Both the position numbers and the translations under genes were made by a program. A stretch of DNA of 64,000 nucleotides from Squalus acanthias (lineage: Eukaryota): assembly GCA_030390025.1 (NCBI GenBank), contig CM059430.1:72912001-72976000 (forward strand), read 5' to 3'. The notes under the pieces were generated by a model, which ran no database searches, was not told the DNA's origin, and was given only the letters and a program-made list of their open reading frames with translations. How positions within the stretch are numbered: position 1 is the first letter of the stretch; every line of letters starts with the position of its first letter. Below, piece by piece: positions 26,601 to 40,248 of this stretch.

Positions 26601-29361
26601 TCTTTGATCAATGTATGAACGGCCAGAGTTTAAGCACATTTTAATAGGAAACGTGCGAGTAGAAACCACAGTTTAACCTTGTGACTCTTGCCGATGTATT
26701 GTTTCACTATCTTAACCAGTTACCTTTTTGACCTACATCACGGATTGAAATATCGTGTTGCTAATGGTAAACTCGATCAAAGATCAGCAGAGGAACAACT
26801 AACATATTTTCTTTGTATTGATCAACATAGTCTTACATTAAACAATCTGTACTTTATGCTCACAACCTTCTTCATAAAGCACGGATTCTTCCCCACGAGG
26901 CAGCATGTTTGAGATACAAGAGTTCATTAACGGTCTCATTGAAATTAAGATACTATTCTATACCTACTTCGAGGCTAGATAGATCAAAATCCTTTTAAAA
27001 TGTCTATCATATAAAAGGCCATAATAATAGGTGAAAGTAATTTTAAATATCTGTCATGCCAGCAAGAATATAATGTATTATGCATTGAAAGTGGTTTTGC
27101 ATTTTTAGCAACCTTGCATATTTAGAGATCATTTTCAGCGATTTGAAATTAGCTGTTTGGATCAAAACGTAGAACTTCAATAACAAACAATGGGCGTTGA
27201 GCAGAAACAGAGCAGAGGAAGATTACAGCTTATAGGCTCAGTTTTGGAACATGGTAAAGGAAATGTTTCAAGACCAAAGTTAGAAATAGAATTTATAGAA
27301 ATATAGAATCATAGAAACATAGTGCATTTATCCAATTCCCATTTGAAAGCAACTATTGGATCTGCTTCCATCACGCTACAAGGTACTGCATTCCAGATCA
27401 TAACAAATCATAGAATTACATAGAATTACAGCACAGAAACAGGCCTTTCGGCCCAACCAGTCCATGCTGGCATTTATGTTGCCCTTGAGACTCCTCACAT
27501 CCTTCCTCATCTAAATCGATCAGCATAACCCTCTATTCCCTTCTCCGTCATATGCTTATGTAGCTTTCCTTTAAATTCATCCTTACTATTCGCCTCAACG
27601 ACTACCTGCTGTACCGAGTTCCACATTCTCAGTATTCTCTGGGTAAAGAAGGTTATTCTGAATTCCCTATTTGATTTCTTTCCGAAAGTTGCCCAGGCCC
27701 TATGCTCTGGAATTCCCTGTCTAAACTTCTCTGCCTCTATATCTCTCTTTCCTCCTTTAAGATGCTCTTGAAAACCTTCTTCTTTGACCATCTTTGGTCA
27801 TCTGCCCTAATTTCTCCTTCTGTGCTCGGTGTCAATTTGTTTTGTCTTATAACACTCCTGTAAAGCACCTTGGGACGTTTTAATACGTTTAAATGTGCTA
27901 TACAATAAAAGTTGTTGTTGTTGTTGACTATCTTATATCGATGGCGTCTGGATTTGCTGTTCCCCACAAGATTAAACACGCGGTGTTTACTCTATCAAAA
28001 CCTTTGATAATTTTACAGACCTCTATTAGGTCACCCATCAGCCTTCTCTTTGCAAGATAAAATAGACTCAGCATGTTCATCCTTTCCTGATTGATATAAC
28101 CTCGCAGTTTTGGTGTCATTCTTGCAAATGCTTTTTGCAAGCTCTCCAGTGTCTCCATAGCCATTTTGTAATATGGCAATCAGAATGGTGCATAGTACTC
28201 CACGTGTGGTCTAACCAAGGTTCGGTACAAGTTTTGCATAACTTTTCAACTTTTCAATTCTATCCCTCGAGAAATAAAACCCCATGCTTGATTTCTTTTT
28301 TATAGCCTTATTAACTTGAGTCACTAATATTAGTGTTCTGTGTAATTGTACATCCAGATCCCTTTGCTGCTCTATCCCATTTAGATTATTCTTTTCCAAG
28401 TAACATGTGACCACCTTATTTTTCTTACCAAAATGTAATACCTCAGGCGTATCTATATTGAAATTTAGTTGCCAATTGAAAACACATTCTGCAAGTTTAT
28501 TAATGTCTTCTTCTAATTTGTTGCAGTCCTCCTCAGTATTGAATCTTCCCCTACAAATTGGGTGTCGCCCATAAATGTAAAAATTGTGTTTTAATTCAAA
28601 AGTCCATATTGTTAATATAAATTGTGAACAACAGTGGTCCCAGCACAGTTCCTTGTGTGAACTCACTGCCCACCTTCTGCCAATCTGTTTAACTACCCTT
28701 TACTCCTACTCTCTGCATTCTGTCTAGCAACCAGCTAGCTAGCCATTCTTCTACTTCTTCTCTGAATCTGCATGCTGTGAACTCATTGATTAGTCTATTT
28801 TGTGGTACCTTATCAACGGTCTTTTGGAAATCTAGATATATTAAATCTACTACATTTCCCTTATCTACTCTCTCTGTTACCTCTTCAAAAATTCAATGAA
28901 ATTGGTTATGCAAGACTTTCACTTTTGAAATCCATGCTAAATATTCGTTATTATATTTCTGGTTTCCAGATGTTTTTCTATTGTTTCCTTTAGTAGGGAT
29001 TGGATTACCAATCCTACCACCGATGTATAGCAGATGCATCTATAGTACACTAGACATTTTCTATCTCCCTTCTTAAATATATTTATAACTTTAGCTATCT
29101 GCCAGTCCTCTGGCATTACAACTTTTTCTGAAAAATTAACAAATATGTGTATTAATGACTTTGCTACCTCCTAATTTATATTCTTTTAGAATTAGAGGAT
29201 GTAATGCCTCCCGACCAGAGGTTTTATCCTCTTTGATTTTGATTAATTTATTGAATATTGTTCCCTTCCTATTTTAAATGTGGCTATAACTTTTCTAAAC
29301 TCATCATCCGATTTCATGTCCACCTGATCCGCCTTCCTGATAAATAGTGAAGCAAAATAAT

Positions 29362-30129
29362 AGCCCTGAAATTGCGATCTCCCTGACAGCGTACTCTCAG
29401 CATACGTCGTCATGATCCTTTTGAAAGCTCCCGCAATTTCTGAGTTTCTGCAGGTGTTTGCACATATGTGAAATCCGGAACTTGCGATCTTTCAATGTAA
29501 GGCTTGACATGTCATTCGAACCGCATTTTAAATCAGTTTTGCAGGCGAAGGGTTGTACTATTTGCCAAACAACTGCCCACAAATTGCCCAGGAAGCTCTT
29601 ATAGCTTGTAAAATCAGGCATACGGCCAGCTTTCATCAGTTTAACGATATTCGTGAGCCATAAGTTAAACATTTAGAACTCAAAAATGATTCACATACAC
29701 GTTAAATTAGTTTCTGCAAATATTGGCCCGGATTAAGATGATTAACATTATTTATAGATTTTTTTTTTATTGAGTTTAGTGCAATGAAGGGACTTTTGAA
29801 TAAAATTGAAATTCAATGCATTTATAATCATTAGCATTCTGTAAATTATATAATTATTTGGGGATTTAATTTCGTATCATTAGGGGATTCCCTTTATACA
29901 TGGTTGCAAAGGAATCCTCCTTTGTGATTGAGGGACTGGGCCGATGTGATCCCAGTTAACATTTGGAACTGCCTGCGTCCATGGAATCCGTGGACCGTTC
30001 TGTTGCCGTACAGCTATAGTCAGGGCCTCGCAACTCTACACAGCCTGACCGCCTGGAGATAGGCTCGTAAAGGCTTTCCAATTTGGAGGCGTACTCCGGA
30101 GTTACACCTCCGACCGCCATTTCCAGTTC
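29362..30129 (+). mobile_element. Older Harbinger-related MITE nested in a CR1
   Basis: agccctgaaattgcg...cgccatttccagttc; same motif order as the 17908 copy. Confidence 0.8.
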
Positions 30130-30580
30130 ATCAATGTGTTTTCTGCCATTTTGCTATCGCTACCTATGATGTTATCATTCCATCCATTAGTGGCCCTACT
30201 CCCACCGGACTTTCCTTTTTTTATTTATGTGCCTGTAAATTATTTTGCTATTTTGTTTCATGTTACATAATACTTTAATTTCATAGATCTTCCTTGCCTT
30301 CCTGACTGATTTTTTTCACTTCTCTCCAAATCTCTTTGCATTTACACTTATCATGCTTTAAATTGCTCCGTTTTACTTATTGTACGTTTATTTCCTTGGC
30401 CACAATTCTTCTCTGGTGTCTTTATGAATCCATTGTGTTTCATCAGTATTTAGATTTTTTTTTAGCGGAATGTATTTTTACTGGATTCTGCTGAACACCG
30501 TTTTAAATGTTTCACATTGTCGTTCGACATTGCTTGTTAATATTGCTTTCGATTTTATTATTCCCAAGTTCGAGTCTCAA

Positions 30581-31870
30581 CGCATCAAAATCAGCTTTTC
30601 TCCAATCTATTTCCTTGGTCTTTGTCATGCTTTTCTCCGAGCAGCCACCCTCGAGCTTGTTGTGGTTGCTGGAAGATTGCTGGCACACAGGTCTGCAGCA
30701 GGATGAAGGCAATCGTGGCTGCTGCCTGGACAGTGGGCATTGGCAATAAGAATTCACTGTAACTGGTCGCACACCAACTGCACATTAATTGAATAGTAGC
30801 CTTTGCATTTAGGGAAAATTTCAGGATTGTTATGCAGTGCCCGCAAAGCCACGTAGGTGCAGTCGATGGCGCCCTGCAACATGGGAAAGCCTGCCTTCCT
30901 AGCAAAGCCAAATGCACGCTCGTCTTGCTTCTTTCTGTGATTCTCAAGCCAATGTAATTACTTCTCCTGCTGCAGTGAGCCTCAGTGACCACCCAAATGC
31001 AGCGATTGACGGCAATGTGTTAGATGTTAACTATGTCTCCTGTTGCTGACAGGAAGGAACCGCTGGCGAAGAAATTGGGGGGCCATAGTGACCTTAACTG
31101 CCATTGGCAGAACCGTGGTCGCCGTCACCTGAGGCTGGAGATCTGTGTCCACTTCCTTTGTGAAGCGAAGCTTTCCAGTACACTGCTCTTTGCTTATTTG
31201 CAGGAAGGAGAAGTGCTCTCGGAATACCCTTGGTTGGTAAGTCCTCATGGTGAGAGCACTGAAGACCCATCTCCAAACTCTGTGCACATGTTTCCATATT
31301 TCTCTATGCCTACGCTCCACCATAGATCCTGGAGAATGAGGTGGCATGCCAGTACAGCCCCAGTAATGTAATCAAGTGTAGCACTTGGAATCATTGAAGA
31401 ATAAATGTATCTAATTTAAAGTTGCCAGAAGACTCCTGATACAAAAAAACTTGAAATTACTGAATGAAACTGTTGCAGTTGGTTGAAACTATCAAAAAAA
31501 TACTAAAACTACACTAACCTGACAGCTGTGAAAGATTACTGATGATCGCTTAAATAAGGTCCCTGGAGCCTGCTTCCTGGTGCTGCACGCCAGCTCTGCC
31601 TGTTGGTGTTTACTCCAGGCAGTGAGATAAGTGGCGCTAATCAATTTTGCAAATTGGGCGGTCAGTGAACATCCCACACTCACTGACGCCACAATCTACC
31701 TGGCGTGGACGTTCTCGGCAATACCTGTTACCGGCGGTACCACGGGGACTGGAGGTGCGGCGGATTTGGCGTGCGGTGCTGGATATGCCTCGCCCCGGTG
31801 ATACTGGTCTAGGGCCCCATTAGCGCCATCTACAGGCACTAACGGGAGGTGCTAAGGGGAAAATTCGCCC
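30581..31870 (-). mobile_element. Third Harbinger fragment (HARBI1-like N-terminal half plus terminus) nested in a CR1
   Basis: YQPRVFREHFSFLQISKEQCTGKLRFTKE (31027..31347); degenerate transposase motifs to ~30620; GC-rich end with aaattcgccc. Confidence 0.8.
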
Positions 31871-31924
31871 ACCCTCTTTTAAAATACTTTTACATTTCAT
31901 AACTATCCACACAGTGCACAGTAT

Positions 31925-32238
31925 TTATTTAAAAGTGGCAATTATGAGTAGTGACGTTGAATCCCAAAACAAAAGTTAAATTTGTATGTATTTTAATGGT
32001 TGTAGTGAAGAAGTAATGTAGTAATTTAAATGATTGAAAGGCAATCTGTTTTCTGACTGGAGGACCATGCCCACGTGATCCCAGGTACTTTTCCGCACAG
32101 GCTGCGTTCCTGAGATCCGTGGCCCTTGGAATCACAGCGTCAGATACGCAGGAATGCTGCCATCAAGTCGGTGCAGATTGTTTTCACAGATGATGCGGCA
32201 TACTCCGGAGGTTCGCTGCCAACAACAATTTTTGGCCC
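31925..32238 (+). mobile_element. Right half of a Harbinger-related MITE
   Basis: cccacgtgatccc, ggcatactccggag and caatttttggccc end. Confidence 0.65.
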
Positions 32239-33237
32239 ATTGTATGCACTGCTGTACGAGGAGTTTTACCGATTTTTAAACAGCGGTTCTAATCAGTTTT
32301 ATTTTAACCCACTTTTAATGCTCCTGTTCGAAAACTCTAATTATTCCCTCGCCACTTACGTCTTTCTTTAGTTTAGTCTGCCATATGCTCTCCTTTCTTG
32401 TTTCGTTTATATATAGGCTTGTTTCATTTCTTATAGATTCCTCCTTACTAGCCTTACTAGTTTAAAGTCTTTGCCATCTTCCTAGTGACCTTTTCCACTA
32501 GGACACTGGTCCCCATTCCGGTTCAGGGGGAGCCCGACGTATCGGTATAGCTCCTTCCTGTCCAAGCACTGTTAACAGAGCTCTCAGAAAATGAACCCTT
32601 CTTTCCCACTCCATCCTTTTAGCCATGTGAATATCTTTCTCCATGACAATTTTCACGTGGTTTGGGCAATAATACTGAGATTATGACTCACTAAGTTCTG
32701 CTATTTAATTTAGCTCCAAACTCCTGATACTACCTCAGCAGGACTTCCTCCCTTTTCCAATTATGTTGTTTGTTCCAACATGGACCAAGCAACTGGATTA
32801 TCCCTTTCCAAATTCCCGTCCAGCCGCCTCAAAATATCTCTTACCCAGTAGGCAATATACCCTTCTGGACTCTCATTCATGTCTGCAGAGGGCACTATCT
32901 ATCCCCCTAATTATAGTATCACCTGTCACGACGACATTTCTATTCTGCTCTTTGCCCCCACCACCCGCTGCACCGCCCGCCTCCCCACCTTGGACAGCCT
33001 TCTGAGCCATGGTGCCTTGGTCTGCTTTGTGGCTGTCCTCCCCACAGTTTTGTCACCTTGTCCTCACAGGTAGCATAAAAAAATCTAATCTCCCCTCTGG
33101 TTATGTTGCCAATTAACGTAAATTGTCGTCCTCTGATTACCAACTATCCTGCCACTGGAAACAGTTTTTCATTTTATCTGATAAACCCTCATGAATTTTA
33201 ACACCTCTATTGAATCTCCTCTAAACCTGCACTGCTA

Positions 33238-33830
33238 TTTTTTTATTCATTCACGGGATGTGGGCGTCGCTGGCAAGGCCAGCCTTTATTGCCCATCCCT
33301 ATTTGCACTTGAGATGGTGGTGAGCCGCCTTCTTGAACCACTGCAGTCCTTGTGGTGAAGGTACTCCCGCAGTGCTGTTAGGGAGAGAGTTCCAGGATTT
33401 TATCCCAGCGATGATGAACGATGAAAGAACGGCGATATATTTCCAAGCCAGGATGGTGTGTAACTTGGAGGGGAACTTACAGGTTCCCATGTGCCTGCTG
33501 CCCTTGTCCTTCTAGGTGGTAGAGGTCGCGGGTTTGGGAAGTGCTGCCGAAGAAGCCTTGGCGAGTTGCTGCAGTGCATCTTGTAGATGGTACACACTGC
33601 AACTACGCGGCTCCGCTGGTGGTGCTTTACAAGTCTGTGGTACAGCTCGCCCAATTTTGGCAAAAGTCCCCAGATGTTAGTGAGAAGAACTTTGCGGGGT
33701 GGACTGGGCTGGGTGTGCGTTTGTTCATGTTGGAAGCCGGTGCCTAGGTCGATTGCGGGTGGTCCGCCCAGTTTCATTCTTATATTGTTTTTTGTAGCAG
33801 TTGTTCTTAACTGAGAGACTTGTTATGCCA
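33238..33830 (-). mobile_element. Non-LTR retrotransposon fragment (internally deleted)
   Basis: ORF 33400..33777 joins an endonuclease N-terminus (LLTNIWGLLPKLGEL) to a C-terminal HHQRSRVVAVCTIYKMHCSNSPRLL motif. Confidence 0.7.
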
Positions 33831-34125
33831 TTTTAAAGGGCAGTTAAGAGCTGTGGGTATCGAGTAAGATATCGGCCAGACCAGGTAAGGACGGCAGATT
33901 GTCTTTCCTTAAAGAACATTAGTGAATCAGATTTGTTTTTACGACAATCGAATAGTTTCATGATCACCATTACTGATACTAGCTTTTTATTCCAGATTTA
34001 TTTAATTCTATTTAAATTTCCCAGCTGCCATGTTGGGATTTGGACTTACCTATCTGGATCATTAAGCCAAGCCTTTAGATTATTAGTCCAGAGTCCAGTA
34101 ACATAAACCACTCTGCTACCATTCC
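33830..34125 (-). mobile_element. tRNA-derived SINE
   Basis: Minus strand starts ggtagcagagtggtt..actggac..taataatc with a degenerate B box (gtccaaatccc); shorter related heads at ~21190-21320 and ~51900-52020. Confidence 0.6.
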
Positions 34126-35437
34126 CGGATCTAAGGAAGACAATCCAAGCTTATCTATTCTCTCCACATAACTGAATTCACTCAGTCCTGGTGTAATTCC
34201 TGTATTATCTTCTGCACCCTCCAAAGCCTCGATGTTCTTCAAAAAGTGCGATGCCCATAATTTGACACAACAGCTGAGTTCTAATCAGCGATTCATAGAC
34301 GTTTAGCATAACTTCAGAAACATGAGAAAATTAAACGTTTTTAACAATAAAGGAACGAATAATTCTTAAGAAATTATTGGAAATTGAAAGTTAGAATCGT
34401 GTACTCTAACAGATATCTATGCGTTTGGCTGGGTGAGAGCGAGAGGATCACTTCTGAGTGATTGCAAATCAGGAAAATGTTGCTGGGAGATTGTTACTGA
34501 GTTAAAGTGAGGTAATTGACACTGACATCAAAATTGGAATAATCCAGTCTGCATGAACAAATATAGACGGTAAGGTTTTTGCAAATGTGCTAACAATACG
34601 GATAGCAAAGCAACTGCCATTCTTTGGAAATAGAAAACGCTGTTATATTTGGGTGCCTCAGGGCTGATTTTATGCTTCACCGTAGACTCGAAATTAGACA
34701 AAACGTAATGTTGGAGTCCTGTCAAACAGTTTGGGCTTAACATCGACATCAAATGTGCGATTTGTAAACTGGGGTTGAAGGCCCCAACTGGCTCCGACGA
34801 GAAGCAGGGCGACTCTCTCGTTATCACCATTTTTTATCAGATTTGGTCCTGCCTCCATATTGTGGGTGCATTTACACAATTTGCCTGTTTCACCGGTTAT
34901 CCTGAGTCCCGGCATCTTAGCGAAGCACCCAGGTGGAGAACGGCAGCAAGATGCCCTCAGGATGTAAGAGACTCACGCATAACTATATTCGCTCACATAA
35001 CCGAAAAACTAAGAGGTTCGAGAGAAACGACCCAGTTGCAGCTTCTTCGGAATATACTTGTAACTGAGTGTCCAATTGACAAAACCACAAAATCATGAGG
35101 TGAGGGAAGGTACAGCACCTTCTACCACATGGAAACCCTTCTATTACAGGTACAAATCATGCTTTCCACATTGTGTGAGTTCCAGAAATCCCAGACACCA
35201 CGGAGGAGGCAGTTCCTTGGCTGAATGCCTTTTTCGTGACTTTGTAATGGCTGGTAGACGTTCCCAGGGGGCTGCCCGACGAAAATCGGCGCAACACTAA
35301 ATTTTGTTCTCTAGTACGATCGTTTTGTCTTTGTTGTTGGGATGCAGTTGATATTGGCAAGGTAAATGTTTATTTGTAATTATCCTGGGAATGTTTCAGT
35401 GGGCCTTGCCTTCAAGTCCTTTCACCCCTGTGGGCGA

Positions 35438-35630
35438 TCCTAGAAATTGGATATAGCCAAGAAATGGGCAATGATAAGATTAAATTAGGATAAGCTGCAC
35501 CACCTGAAAATTGTTTATGTAGTACACAAGATTTGTGCTCAATATTCATTAACATGATTATAGTCATGAAATAAAACAGATGCTCAGTGCTCATTGACTT
35601 TATACTCAACAGGTCGACCAATTTCGGGCC
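35438..35630. mobile_element. Short (~190 bp) TIR element; its right part is also at 1-166
   Basis: tcctagaaattgg...ccaatttcgggcc imperfect inverted ends resembling the GGGCC-N-GAAATT TIR family. Confidence 0.5.
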
Positions 35631-35791
35631 AGTCTAATTCAGAGTCATGACTGCCACAAGCATTTTCCACGACTTAAAGGGGAGGTTCAATCATGCTGCA
35701 GCACCTCATTGTCAGTGTGGTTGGGTGTTCAGCTGTCCCAACAGCAAAGTAAAGAAGTCTCACGACAAGAATTTCCAACTTACAAGTGGTC

Positions 35792-37400
35792 ATGACAGAG
35801 CCTAGGCAGAGGGAGAGAGCCCACAGGTTCTCTGATGAAGCTCTGCAGGCAATGGTATTTGCAGTGGAGAGGAGGATGGCAGTCGCATACCGTAGACTGG
35901 CAGGAGACCCTCAGAACACACATCCATGTGGCGTGAGTTGGCGGATCACATCACAGCCAGCACTGAGGTCCCCAGGACTCAAACCCAGTGCAGGAAGATG
36001 TTTAACGACCTCATACGGGTGGACAAGGTGGGTCAAGGCTTCACTAAATGCCATACTTCACCATCGGCACTACAAGCTTCACACACTGCTCAATGCACCA
36101 AACACCCAGCACTCACAAACCAACCTCTACATAATAGCACTCACACCCACATCTCACACTTTGCACTCAATGGCAGATATTCAAATATGGGAGACACATC
36201 TTTCAAACATATTGCACTAAATTCACTTACGCTCTTCTCGTTCTCTTGCAGTCAAAAGTCGCACAAAATCGGAGGGAGAAGGAGCAGCAGGATGGGGCCA
36301 AGCGGTCCCCCAACAGCTCAGCCAGCTCGAGGAGAGAGTAATCGAAATCCTTCGGAGCCACGAGGTAGAGGCCATGGCAACCGGCGATGTTGAACCCCTT
36401 TTCGACAACAACGGTATCTTCATTCCGAATCCATCTTCTCACATCGCACTTCACCTTCAGCCCACAATCTTTTCTCAATTTCAAGCTGCTCATTCTGAAT
36501 GCATGCATGTCTTGCTTCACACCCTCCCTCGTCAACATAACCCGACTCTCGTGCCTATTTGCCTTCAGATAATCACCAAGCACTGGAAATGCCTGTCCCC
36601 GAGGGCACCGCTGAGAGTGAGGGGAGAGAAGAAGAGAAAAATGAAGACACCACATCACTCATGCGTAGACACTAGCTCAGAAACTGGCATTGCACGTACT
36701 TTAGAGGCTGATGTAGAAGTAGGATCTGCACAGGGTGATACACCGAGAACAAGAGGGCTGCAGCAAGGCCAGGGGAAAAGGATAGCTTGGAGGCAAACAG
36801 GGCGAATTCACGCACGAATTCTGCTCCACAGGAGTCAGTTGAGGACCTCGATGGGGAAGCCTTCAGAAGAAGGGCGATGGGCATGCAGACAGAAATGATG
36901 GGTGCAATGGCAAGGCCGGCCGAAATTTCTAGGCAATGTGAACGAACGTGGAGTGGTCTGCCTCCAACATTGCATGGGGTTCTGCAGAGATAATGGAGCC
37001 GATGATTTCAGCTTCGAAATCATTTCACACTCCCAGAGAGACCGTGGCATCCCAGACGTGATGGTGCGCATGATTGTTGATGTCACAGTTTCCATTGAAT
37101 CACAGCCGGAAGCAACCCAATGTCTTAGTGCTGCCACGGAAGCTCAGGCTGCTCTCATGCAGTCTATGTTTGTGCCATCCAAGCTCAGACAGCTCTCATG
37201 CAATCTCAGCTTGAAGCCACCCAAGCTCTGACTGCTGCCATCCATGCCGAAGTGGTGCCGTCTGCATCCGGGACTTCCAGGCTCAGAGCTGCTCGATGTT
37301 TTCCTGCAAGGCCATCTGAATTCTCGTAGGAGCTTCGTAGGAGCACGAGGTTAGGAAAACACACACGAAAGACAGACACTGAGGGATTCCACAAGGGTGA
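35792..37400 (+). pseudogene. Myb/SANT-like Harbinger ORF (unit B copy)
   Basis: Homolog of 325-2170 (ORFs 35786..36220 and 35926..36393) with a deletion near 37243. Confidence 0.8.
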
Positions 37401-37756
37401 TTAATTGATAATATTAATGTAAACAAGTGTAATGTGAATATTGATAAATTTATTAATTTTGTTTGGAATCATTTGTGGTGTCCCCCATTTCAGCTTTGTG
37501 CCCTGGAGAAGGATTTGATATTTTGCGAGACAGCGGTGGTATGATGGGGATTTGGTGAGCCACGGGGCTCTGGGTTTCAATTATTAGAATCAGAGTATGA
37601 CGAGCAGCTCACGGATAGCCCGTCCGGATGGACGATTGGGTGACTGCCTCTTTCCATACCTCCTCTTCCACTTGCTCCCCTTTCTTTTCTTCTTCCTCCT
37701 CGTCCTGCTCCTCGTTCTCCTCTCCCTGGTCCTCTTCCTGAGTTAGTGGTGCAATC

Positions 37757-40248
37757 GGAAATAATGGAAAACCAAGGGTCCAGCGAGAATGAGGAACTGA
37801 AAGATATTAGTAAAACATTAGTATTGGAGAAATTAATGGGACTGAAAGCCAATAAATCCCCTGGACCTGATGACCTACATCCTAGAGTTTTGAAAGAGTT
37901 GGCTATAGAGATAGTGAATGTATTGAATGTCATTTTACAAAATTCCACATATTCTAGAACGGTTCCCGCAGATTGGAATGTAGCAAATGTAACCCTAATA
38001 TTTAAGAGAGGAGGGAGAGAGAAAACGGGTAACTACAGTGCAATTAGCCTGACATCAGTAGTAGGGAAAATGCTAGAATCTATTATTAAGAATGTTCTAA
38101 CAGGGCAATTAGAAAATATGAATAATAGGATTGGGCAGAGTTAATACAGATTTATGAAAGGAAAATCGTGTTTGACAAATCTGTTGGAGATTTTGGTGGT
38201 TGTAACTATCACAATTGTTAAGGGTGAAACACTGGATGTGGTGTATTTCGATTTTCTGAAGGCATTCGATGACTTGCCACACAAGAGGTTATTAACAACA
38301 ACTTGTATTTACAACAACAACTTGTTCTTATATAGCGCCTTTAACGTAGCAAAACATCCCAAGGGGCTGCACAGGTGTATTTTAAGATAAAAAAAATAAC
38401 ACCCATCCACATACGGATAAATTAGGGCAACTGACCAAAAGCTTGGTCAAAGAGATATCACAGAATCACAACAGTGCAGATAGAGGTCATTTCGGCCTAT
38501 TGAGCCATCACCGACACATATCCCACCCTATCCCCGTAACCCCACGTATTTAATACCCCTATTTAATCCCCCTAGCATTAACGTTCAATTTATCATAGCC
38601 GAATCAACCTAACCCGCACATCTTTGGACTGTGGGAGGAAACCGGAGGACCCGGAGGAAACCCATGAAGACACGGGGAGAATGTGCAAACTCCACACAGA
38701 CAGTCACCCAAGGCCGGATTCGAACCCGGGTCCCTCGCGCTGTGAGGCAACAGTGCTAACCACTGTGCCACCGTGTTGTCCTGTAGGTAGGTTTTAAGGA
38801 GCGTCTTGAAGGAGGTAGCGAGGCGGGCAGGTTTCGGCAGGGAATTCCAGAGCTTAGGGCCTGGGCAACAGAAGGCACGGCCACCAAAGGTTGTGCAATT
38901 ATAATCAGGTATGCTCAAGAGGGCAGTATTAGAGGAGCGCAGATATCTCGGGGGTTGTGGGGCTGAAAGAGATAAGAGAGAGAGGTAGCGGCGATGCCTA
39001 GGAGGGATTTGAAAACAATGATAAGAATTTTGAAATCGAGGCACTGCTTAACCAGGAGTCAATGTAAGTCAGCGAGCACAGGGGTGATGGGCGAACAGGA
39101 CTTGGTGCGAGTTCATTAGGGCTCATAGGATTCAGGGTCTTATACTAGCATGGATTGGGGATTGGTTAACGGAGAGAAAACAGAGAGTAGGAATAAACGG
39201 GTAATTTTCGGGTTGGCAGGCTGTAACTATTTGGGTACCGCAAGGATCCGTACTTGGGCCTCAGCTATTCACAATCTACATCAATGATTTGGATTAGTGG
39301 AACAAATGTAATGTATCCAAATTTGCTGATGATACAAAGCCGGTTGGGAATGTAAGTTCTGAGGAGGATGCAAGGAGGCTTCAGGGGTATATAGATAGGC
39401 TAAGTGATTGGGCAAGAACATGACAAATGGAATACAGTGTGGACAAATGTGAAGTTATCCACTTTGATAGGAAAAATAAACAAGCAGAGTATTTTTTATA
39501 TGTTGAGAGATTGGGAAATGTTGGTGTGCAGAGGGACCTGGGTGTCCTTGTACACGAATCGTTGAAAGTTAACATGCAGGTACAGCAAGTAATTAGGAAA
39601 GCAAATGATATGTTGGCCTTTATTACAAGATGTTTTCCGTATAAGAGTAAAAATGACTTTCTGCAATTATATAGCAGCATGGTGAGACCACACGTGGAGT
39701 ATTGTGTAGAGTTTGGTCTCCTTACCTAAGGAAGGATATACTTGCCATAGAGGGATGGCAACGAAGGTTCACCAGACTGGTTCCTGGGATGGGGGATTAT
39801 CCTATGACGAGAGTTTGCGTAGAAGATTCCTATATTGTCTAGAGTTTAGATGAATGAGAGGTGATCTCATTGAAACATACAAAGTTCTTACAGGGCTTGA
39901 CAGGGTAGATGCAGGGAGGATGTTTCCCCTGTCTGGGGAGCCGAGAACCAGGGGTCACAGACTCAGAATACGGTGTCAGCCATTTAGGACTGAGATGAGG
40001 AGAAATGTATTCACTCAGTGGCTGGTGAATCTTTGGAATTCTCTACCCCAGAGGGTTGTGGAGGCACTGCCATTCAGTATATTCAAGACAGAGATCTATA
40101 CATTTTTGAATATTAAGGGAATCAAGGGATATGGGTGTCGTTCAGGAAAGTGGACATGAGGTAGAAGATCAGGCATGATCTTAATAAATGGTGGGGCAGG
40201 CTTGAAGGGCCAAATGGACTACCTCTGGTCCTATTTCTTATGTTCTTA
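37757..40248 (+). mobile_element. Same CR1 insertion (unit B) with a nested L2-like fragment (~38295-39110) and a SINE
   Basis: ORFs 37746..38144, 39427..39729 and 39854..40159; retains ~1 kb that is deleted in unit A. Confidence 0.92.
38458..38780 (-). mobile_element. tRNA-derived V-SINE (HE1-like)
   Basis: Minus strand: ggtggcacagtggttagc (A box), gggttcgaatcc (B box), V-domain gtgtggagtttgcacattctccccgtgt...ggtttcctccggg...ttcctcccacagtccaaagatgtgc. Confidence 0.88.

Larger units (their letters stand above)
27310..33075 (-). mobile_element. Old fragmented CR1 LINE with nested MITEs, a Harbinger fragment and an L2-like piece
   Basis: RT-like ORFs 27928..28179 and 28211..28666; esterase remnant near 32500-32935; homolog at 62160-64000. 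Confidence 0.85.
1..35471. repeat. Tandem segmental duplication, unit A (~35.5-kb period; true unit boundary not determinable)
   Basis: Colinear anchors: 1~35472, 6074~41635, 14554~45554, 25641~56215, 29157~64000. Confidence 0.95.

Noticed and set aside
31909-31940. CACAGTG heptamer as a possible RSS (also CACTGTG near 5085, 7653, 19457 and 38761)
   Set aside because: No ACAAAAACC-like nonamer at 12 or 23 bp, and none flanks a V exon; no evidence of V(D)J rearrangement.
38700-38780. tRNA gene
   Set aside because: The A/B boxes are the head of a V-SINE and run straight into the V-domain and a LINE-derived tail.
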